Assembly (NCBI GenBank): GCA_963832745.1
Contig: CAWHVC010000003.1
Location: 256,001 to 320,000, forward strand
DNA from: Candidatus Bathyarchaeota archaeon
GTDB taxonomy: Archaea > Thermoproteota > Bathyarchaeia > Bathyarchaeales > Bathycorpusculaceae
DNA: 64,000 nt
Reading direction: 5' to 3'
Part shown: piece by piece, positions 58,498 to 64,000 of the stretch
How the letters are laid out: each line of letters opens with the position of its first letter
Position numbering within the stretch: the first letter of the stretch is position 1
Translations under genes and position numbers: made by a program
Notes under the pieces: model-generated
What the model saw: the letters and a program-made list of their open reading frames with translations, nothing else
The model's database searches: none
What the model was told of the DNA's origin: nothing

Positions 58498-58935
58498 ATG
58501 AAAAGCAACACGGAGACAGAAACAGTGCCAATTAAGTATTTTGATGCTCCAGAAATCAAAAAGCAAGTGGACCAGCTTGCAGCAGAATGCGAATTTTACC
58601 ATGTTGTACCCCAATTCGTATTCTGTGTAAGAAGCAGAGGCTCTAAAGCAAGGCGCACGATTGCGCGCATTCATGGATTGGGAAAAATTTGGCAAGGCGT
58701 CCTAAACCAGCCTCCAACGTACACTATTGAGGTTATCTCTGAAATCTTTGATAAAATGTCTCCGGAAGATAAGGAGCGAGTTTTGATTCATGAGTTGATG
58801 CATATTCCAGGTGGTTTCAGCGGCGGTTTCCGACCCCACAAAGGCTATGTGGAACGCAAAAACGTGGAGGCAGTATATAAGAAACTGCAGCAGTCGAGGA
58901 ACACAAAAAAACAAAAAAACCTGTTTGCCCCGTAA
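58498..58935 (+). CDS. Putative metallopeptidase (HExxH)
   Basis: RSRGSKARRTIARIHG..YTIEVISE..LIHELMHIP..G..RPH. Confidence 0.85.
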   Translation: MKSNTETETVPIKYFDAPEIKKQVDQLAAECEFYHVVPQFVFCVRSRGSKARRTIARIHGLGKIWQGVLNQPPTYTIEVISEIFDKMSPEDKERVLIHELMHIPGGFSGGFRPHKGYVERKNVEAVYKKLQQSRNTKKQKNLFAP

Positions 58936-59088
58936 ACTTTGCCGTTTTTTACAGTAGATTTTTAAACTACGTAATAAATGGGTATAGAAAGTTGTAGATT
59001 CAACAGCGAAAAATAAAAAAACCAAGAACAGGCACTTAATGGCAAGGTTTACTGAAATGCCTGCCTGCCAAGAGTTGAGGTATAAATT

Positions 59089-60777
59089 ATGAAGCACGTT
59101 ATGAAAAGTTTAAGGCATAACGGAATATACGTTCCCCCTTACGACCTTAAAGGGTTTAATATCAAAATTCAAGGTCAAACAGTCACGCTTACAAGTAAGT
59201 CTGAACCTATGGCAGTTGCTTGGGTTAGAAGAACCTTATCAACTACAATACCACCACCAGACGCAGTTTACACTAAAAACTTCATGAAGGAATTTCTTGA
59301 ACAGTTAAAGAAAGAAAACCCTCAAGCAAGTTACTTAGACAGCTTTACACCGAAATATCTTGAAAGCATCGAAAATCCGCCAGCAACCCAAAACAACGGT
59401 GGTGGACAATTACAAGAAATCGATTTTAGCCAAATTAAAAGCTTCATTCTTGAAGAGAAAGCAAAGAAAGAAGCCTTAACCAAAGAAGAAAAGAAAGCGC
59501 AAGCTGAAGAACGAAAAGTTAAACGCCTTGAAATGAAAGAAAAATTCGGCTTCGCCGAAGTTGACGGCCAACGTCTAGAAGTAGCTAACTGGACCTCTGA
59601 GCCTTCATGCCTTTTCGCGGGGCGTGGTGACCATCCGCAACGTGGCAAATGGAAGGAAGGACCAAACCAAGAAGATATAACACTTAACCTTCAAAAGGAC
59701 AAAGAAGGAAACCTATTAGTTCCACGTCCAGAAGGAAACTGGAAAGACATTGTTTGGGAACCTAACAAGATGTACGTTGCCAAATGGGTAGATAAACTCA
59801 CAGGCAAAGTCAAATACGTCTGGTTCAGTGACACCGCTTTTCTGAAACAGAATCGTGAAAAAGAAAAGTTCCAGAAAGCTGAAAACCTTGGAAAACAAAT
59901 AGGCCAAGTTGAAAAACACATATCCAAAAATCTTGAAGCTAAAGATTTAGAACGCCGAAAAGTAGCAACGGTTGCCTGGCTGATTTTTGCCGTCAACATG
60001 AGGGTTGGCGACGAAAAAGATCCAGATGAAGCAGACACTGTAGGCGCCATTACGCTTCGCGATGAACACGTAAACATTGAGGGCGACAAAATAACTTTTG
60101 ACTTCTTAGGCAAAGACAGCGTCAGATGGGTAAAAACAATTCAGGTACCACCTCAAGTAATTAAAAACCTTCAAGAATTCAAGAGAGATAAAACCAAACA
60201 GTACCTCTTTGAAGGCATCGACAGCAAAAAGGTTTCAAGATTCCTATCTGAAAAAGTACCTAAACTTACAGCCAAAGTGTTCCGTACCTGGAAATGCACC
60301 AAAACCCTAAAAGAAGAACTGGATAAAAGCGGCGTAACCAAAGCAGACCCAGTCTACAAAAAGAATTTTGCTGCAAAAATGGCTAACCTTAAAGTTGCAG
60401 AAGTGGCAAATCACAAACGTAAGATTCCACCCACCTTTGATGACCGTCTAAAGAAGAAGGAAGAAAATCTCAAGACGATGAAGGCAATGCTTAAGGCAAA
60501 GAAGGCAGAAGGCAAAAAAACCGAGTCCCTAGAGGCACGCATTGAAAAGGCTAAACTGGACCTTGAATTAACAAGACTCACCCGAGAATACAATTTGGGC
60601 ACTTCTTTAAAGTCGTATATTGACCCTCAAGCGTACGTGAAATGGGCAAAGAAAGTAAAGTTTGACATAATCAAATTTTACCCGACAACTCTTCGCAACA
60701 AGTTCAGTTGGGCACTAATGGGCAAAACCAAACCAGTCGTACCTGACGACGAAGTAACTGAGTGCACGCCTGCATGA
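59089..60777 (+). CDS. DNA topoisomerase IB (eukaryote-like)
   Basis: GRGDHP.RG, MRVGDEKD..ADTVG, FDFLGKDS, AKVFRTW, NH and LGTSLKSYIDP (catalytic Tyr). Confidence 0.95.
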   Translation: MKHVMKSLRHNGIYVPPYDLKGFNIKIQGQTVTLTSKSEPMAVAWVRRTLSTTIPPPDAVYTKNFMKEFLEQLKKENPQASYLDSFTPKYLESIENPPATQNNGGGQLQEIDFSQIKSFILEEKAKKEALTKEEKKAQAEERKVKRLEMKEKFGFAEVDGQRLEVANWTSEPSCLFAGRGDHPQRGKWKEGPNQEDITLNLQKDKEGNLLVPRPEGNWKDIVWEPNKMYVAKWVDKLTGKVKYVWFSDTAFLKQNREKEKFQKAENLGKQIGQVEKHISKNLEAKDLERRKVATVAWLIFAVNMRVGDEKDPDEADTVGAITLRDEHVNIEGDKITFDFLGKDSVRWVKTIQVPPQVIKNLQEFKRDKTKQYLFEGIDSKKVSRFLSEKVPKLTAKVFRTWKCTKTLKEELDKSGVTKADPVYKKNFAAKMANLKVAEVANHKRKIPPTFDDRLKKKEENLKTMKAMLKAKKAEGKKTESLEARIEKAKLDLELTRLTREYNLGTSLKSYIDPQAYVKWAKKVKFDIIKFYPTTLRNKFSWALMGKTKPVVPDDEVTECTPA

Positions 60778-61049
60778 GCATCAAAGAAACAGCCGACGGC
60801 GTCATCCTCACCATTTTTGTTAAACCTAACAGCCCAAAATTTTATGTTCAGCTTGACGGCAACGAAATCGTTATCCACGCTACCGAAGAGCCAGAAAAGG
60901 GAAAAGTGAACAAGGAAATATTGAAAGAATTAACTAGACTTTTTCATGCTAGAGTTGAATTGGTTTCGGGGGCTACATCACGTCAGAAGCAGTTAGCAGT
61001 TTTGGGCGTTAAAAAAGCAGATTTGGAAGAGCGCCTAAAAAATTTTTAA
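60774..61049 (+). CDS. DUF167 (YggU-like) protein
   Basis: VKPNS, PEKGKVN and GATSRQK. Confidence 0.9.
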   Translation: MSIKETADGVILTIFVKPNSPKFYVQLDGNEIVIHATEEPEKGKVNKEILKELTRLFHARVELVSGATSRQKQLAVLGVKKADLEERLKNF

Positions 61050-61149
61050 AACCAATTTTTGCACTTGATTAATAAAAGAGATTTTCCCCTGCTAAGTAGC
61101 AACCACAAAAAGGACGTTTAAATTAAGAATGGAAGTTTTGAAATAGAGG

Positions 61150-62415
61150 TTACTGCATTTTGAATCTCAGTATCGCTGCTAAACCGCCAAAAGCGTTCTT
61201 GAGCATTTGACCTTCCTCAGTTTCTGTTGAGATTACTTCAACGTCCGTGTTTGTATTTTCCGCAAGCACCGCCAAGTCGTCTATAATGTCAATTTTCTCA
61301 ACTATCGTCAACGATGGGGCGGAACATTTGGGACATGGCTTCCCAGATAGGCTTTGCTCAAACGTTTGCAGGTTCGGAGTTTTGACGGTTTCTTGTTCTT
61401 GATAGTTGCATGCGCCGCATTTGAAGGTTACACGTTGCATGTCAAGTGCTTCTGAAATCAAAAGTGTCCTAACCATACCGGATTCAAGGGCTTTTCGCAC
61501 TTCGGCTTCACCGTAAGTAATTAAGCCTGTGTCATGACCGACTTCATAGAGGAATTTCTGCATGATTTGTTTTTCCTCGATATAACGGACTTTCTTCACG
61601 ATTTCAGGAGCTTTATCTACAACTTCTTTTACTCCCTGCTCTTCCACGTATGCAGTGTCAAGTACGTCTAAAATTTTGTTTTTTAATTGATAATTGAGGT
61701 AATCGCCTTTTTGAAAGTCATACTTAGTTGGCCCTGGACCCCCAAGAATTATTCCCTTCAAATTATCTATAGGCAAAAAGATTTCGTCTGCATGTTTACC
61801 TACACGGGTAAAGTATTCGTTAAGATGCATTTCCCTCAGGCGTTCATAACGTCTTGCTGACTGGCCACCAGCACGAGTTTTACCTTCTACACCTGAATGC
61901 ATTTCCCGCACTATGTTTAGGTGTTTACCGGTTAAGGTTGCTATTGTAGCGTTTGAAGCGTCAACAAGCAATATTCCGTAGGTTTCTTTTTCCCTAAGCA
62001 TTTCTTGCAGGTGCTCGGTATGGAAACGTGAGTCGCAGCGGTAAAGAAAAATGCGGATTGGTTCAGGTGGAGCAATTACCCAAGATTCCATGCGTTCGGT
62101 TCCGGGGCCACCGCCTTCTTGTGGAAGTGCACCACAGAAAATTACCAGACCTTTCTCGCCGGGGTCTTTGAATAGTTTAAGTTTTTGTTGAGCTTTTACG
62201 ATGGCATCTAGAACGTTTTTGCGTGTAACGTTTGATTTAATGTTTGTTGCTGTACCGTATTCTTCACGTAGAAGGTTAAGGGCGTCGCTGATTTGTTTGC
62301 CAGGAGGAACATAAATTGTAATCAACTCTGTGTGGCTGCCCTCTTTCTTGGCTAGCGTGTTGATTGCTTTTCTGGTTCGATATAGCTCTAAGCTATCTTT
62401 TTTTGCTGTGCTCAC
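61150..62415 (-). CDS. prf1: Peptide chain release factor aRF1
   Basis: NIKS, YRCDSRF and GGQSARR. Confidence 0.97.
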   Translation of the reverse strand: MSTAKKDSLELYRTRKAINTLAKKEGSHTELITIYVPPGKQISDALNLLREEYGTATNIKSNVTRKNVLDAIVKAQQKLKLFKDPGEKGLVIFCGALPQEGGGPGTERMESWVIAPPEPIRIFLYRCDSRFHTEHLQEMLREKETYGILLVDASNATIATLTGKHLNIVREMHSGVEGKTRAGGQSARRYERLREMHLNEYFTRVGKHADEIFLPIDNLKGIILGGPGPTKYDFQKGDYLNYQLKNKILDVLDTAYVEEQGVKEVVDKAPEIVKKVRYIEEKQIMQKFLYEVGHDTGLITYGEAEVRKALESGMVRTLLISEALDMQRVTFKCGACNYQEQETVKTPNLQTFEQSLSGKPCPKCSAPSLTIVEKIDIIDDLAVLAENTNTDVEVISTETEEGQMLKNAFGGLAAILRFKMQ

Positions 62416-62495
62416 AATAATTCACGTAAGTTGAGATTAGACTCTTTTAGTTAGGGTATAAGAACAAAATAAAAGTTCCTACAGAAGAAAGGAAA

Positions 62496-63509
62496 CTATG
62501 CTTTTGGTTTCTCTGCGGGGGCGGCTGCTGGTTCAGGGGCAGGAGCACCGATGGCGTCTCTTAGGTACGACTTGAATGGACCTAGTTTACCGCCGTAGTT
62601 ACCTGCTGAAATCTTGACTACACCAGGACAGTTAATTGAGGCTGCAACACCGACCTGCATAGCTTTGTTAACTGCTTCAAGAGTTAAACCGTTTAGCACT
62701 ATTTCAAAAACGCTGTTAACGCCTTCTGGAACAACCGTGTCTGGAACAACTGTCCGCAATGTTGGGCAGTAGGCTTGGTTTGTTGAAGCTTTTAGCTTGT
62801 ATTTTAATGAGCCTGCTTTGCTTCCTGAACGGCATACACCGCCCGGGAAAGGCATAATTACATCAGGAACTTGCGCACGTATTGCATCTACTGCTGCTTC
62901 TGATGCCGCTAAGGCTTCTGGCTGTGTTTTAGCAAAAATCATATAGTTTCCGCCTGCAACTGCTTCCATTGCGCCAAACCCGTCTTCTACGATAAAGTTT
63001 CCTTCCATTACAGGGATTTTCCAGCATTTTCTTCCGCCAACCATGGTTTTCTTTTGGAAACCGTCACCGAAGTAGCGTAGGCTGCTGCCAATGTTAAGGG
63101 TGCGTTTGCCAAGTAAACCGTTAAACGCAGCGGTTGAAGGGCAAGTCATGACACATTGTCCAATGCGTCCCATAAGTTGACCTTTTAGTTCGAAGCGGTC
63201 ACGGTTGTAAATCTGAATCAGTACACCTGGTCGCTTGTCTGGTGTTTGATCCGCTGGAACTGCGCGTTCGATAGATGCTTCTGCTGAAGCAGCAATTACG
63301 CTTGTGGCGTAACCTGTAGTTATGCTTCCAGCGATTTGTGCCCATTTCTCGTTTTGGGCTGTGATTAGAACTCTTCCCACCCAAAGCGGGAACATTTCAG
63401 CGAAAGTATCACTTACTTTAACGGTTTGACCCGAGGCTGACTTTACAAGAAAAACCTTTTCTTTATCGTCATAACCGGTAATTTCAAGCTTGTTAGTATT
63501 TAATGACAT
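62496..63509 (-). CDS. ftr: Formylmethanofuran--tetrahydromethanopterin N-formyltransferase
   Basis: DTFAE.F, TPD.RPG, RIGQCVMTCP, PFPGGVCRSGSK and ISAGNYGGKLG. Confidence 0.93.
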   Translation of the reverse strand: MSLNTNKLEITGYDDKEKVFLVKSASGQTVKVSDTFAEMFPLWVGRVLITAQNEKWAQIAGSITTGYATSVIAASAEASIERAVPADQTPDKRPGVLIQIYNRDRFELKGQLMGRIGQCVMTCPSTAAFNGLLGKRTLNIGSSLRYFGDGFQKKTMVGGRKCWKIPVMEGNFIVEDGFGAMEAVAGGNYMIFAKTQPEALAASEAAVDAIRAQVPDVIMPFPGGVCRSGSKAGSLKYKLKASTNQAYCPTLRTVVPDTVVPEGVNSVFEIVLNGLTLEAVNKAMQVGVAASINCPGVVKISAGNYGGKLGPFKSYLRDAIGAPAPEPAAAPAEKPKA

Positions 63510-63699
63510 GGAAGAGACCTTGGATTCACTTGGGACTTGTATAATTTAAGAGTTTTCTTAAAAACCACTTTGTTTGTTCGAGTTTAGGCTTAATTTAATT
63601 GTTAAATCATGCATTTAGTGCTTATTTGACGCTTTATCAAACAGGGCACAACTACAAAACGCGTTAATTCAAGGGCCATTAAAAGAACAGAAAATGTCT

Positions 63700-64000
63700 T
63701 TAGAATAGCGCGTAAGGATAGAATTGCTTGGAAGAGTAATATTTGCCTTTGATAGGCAATTGGTTTCCACAGAATTTACAGTGCATGTCACCGGTTAAGT
63801 TCCATTGGACGATTTCGAATCCTTCACGGCGTATCACTGCTTCCCTGCATGCGGGACAATAGGTGTTTTCTGCAACGTGCCCAGGCACATTTCCAAGATA
63901 CGTAAACAGTAACCCTTCACCTTTGGCAACAAGGTAAGCATGCTCCATATCTTCAATAGGCGTAGCTGGAACAGTGGTCATTTTGTAATCTGGATGAAAC
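63700..64000 (-). CDS. C-terminus of an AmmeMemoRadiSam/PflX-type radical SAM enzyme (5' end off the window)
   Basis: FHPDYKM..PATP..YLGNVPG..ENTYCP.C..IRREG..C.FCG. Confidence 0.8.
   Translation of the reverse strand, partial: FHPDYKMTTVPATPIEDMEHAYLVAKGEGLLFTYLGNVPGHVAENTYCPACREAVIRREGFEIVQWNLTGDMHCKFCGNQLPIKGKYYSSKQFYPYALF

Noticed and set aside
59039-59092. uORF MARFTEMPACQELRYKL overlapping the topoisomerase start, with a CAGGCA/TGCCTG dyad
   Set aside because: No informative codon bias and only a 6-bp stem; compatible with chance

Overview
Archaeal chromosomal window, most consistent with Bathyarchaeia: topoisomerase IB, Ftr, Alba, aRF1, a LysW pathway, PQQ-like beta-propeller and PEF-CTERM surface proteins, and many TTG/GTG starts. 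The first half is an amino-acid biosynthesis supercluster. It holds lysX-lysW with a divergent Lrp regulator, an 11-gene aromatic operon using the archaeal DKFP route (aspartokinase, ADH synthase, DHQ synthase II, aroDEKAC, chorismate mutase, aminotransferase, tyrA), an ilvBN-leuCDBA-pheA operon, cimA and ilvD. The second half mixes housekeeping genes with accessory DNA: a second VapBC module (the first lies just upstream of cimA), a tRNA-Ala islet, decayed surface-protein genes and a frameshifted MMPL gene. The main finding is a pair of short leader ORFs absent from the ORF track whose codons match the product of the downstream operon. MINLHINPKRFQSYSFEYCFYYNF (8 Phe/Tyr in the last 14 codons, followed by a 10-bp hairpin) precedes the aromatic operon, and MRDCHLNSWDRRVLIL (ending V-L-I-L, followed by a U6 tract) precedes ilv-leu. 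Together they look like ribosome-mediated, leader-peptide attenuation in an archaeon. Also notable: cimA has no in-frame canonical start upstream of its catalytic motif (possible +1 frameshift, AUU start or sequence error); a dispersed, co-oriented ~240-280 bp non-coding repeat with apparent covariation occurs four times; a TA module is flanked by a duplicated cimA promoter; and two paralogous ribbon-helix-helix genes are divergently arranged around palindromic operators. All calls come from reading the sequence by eye; no searches or folding programs were run.
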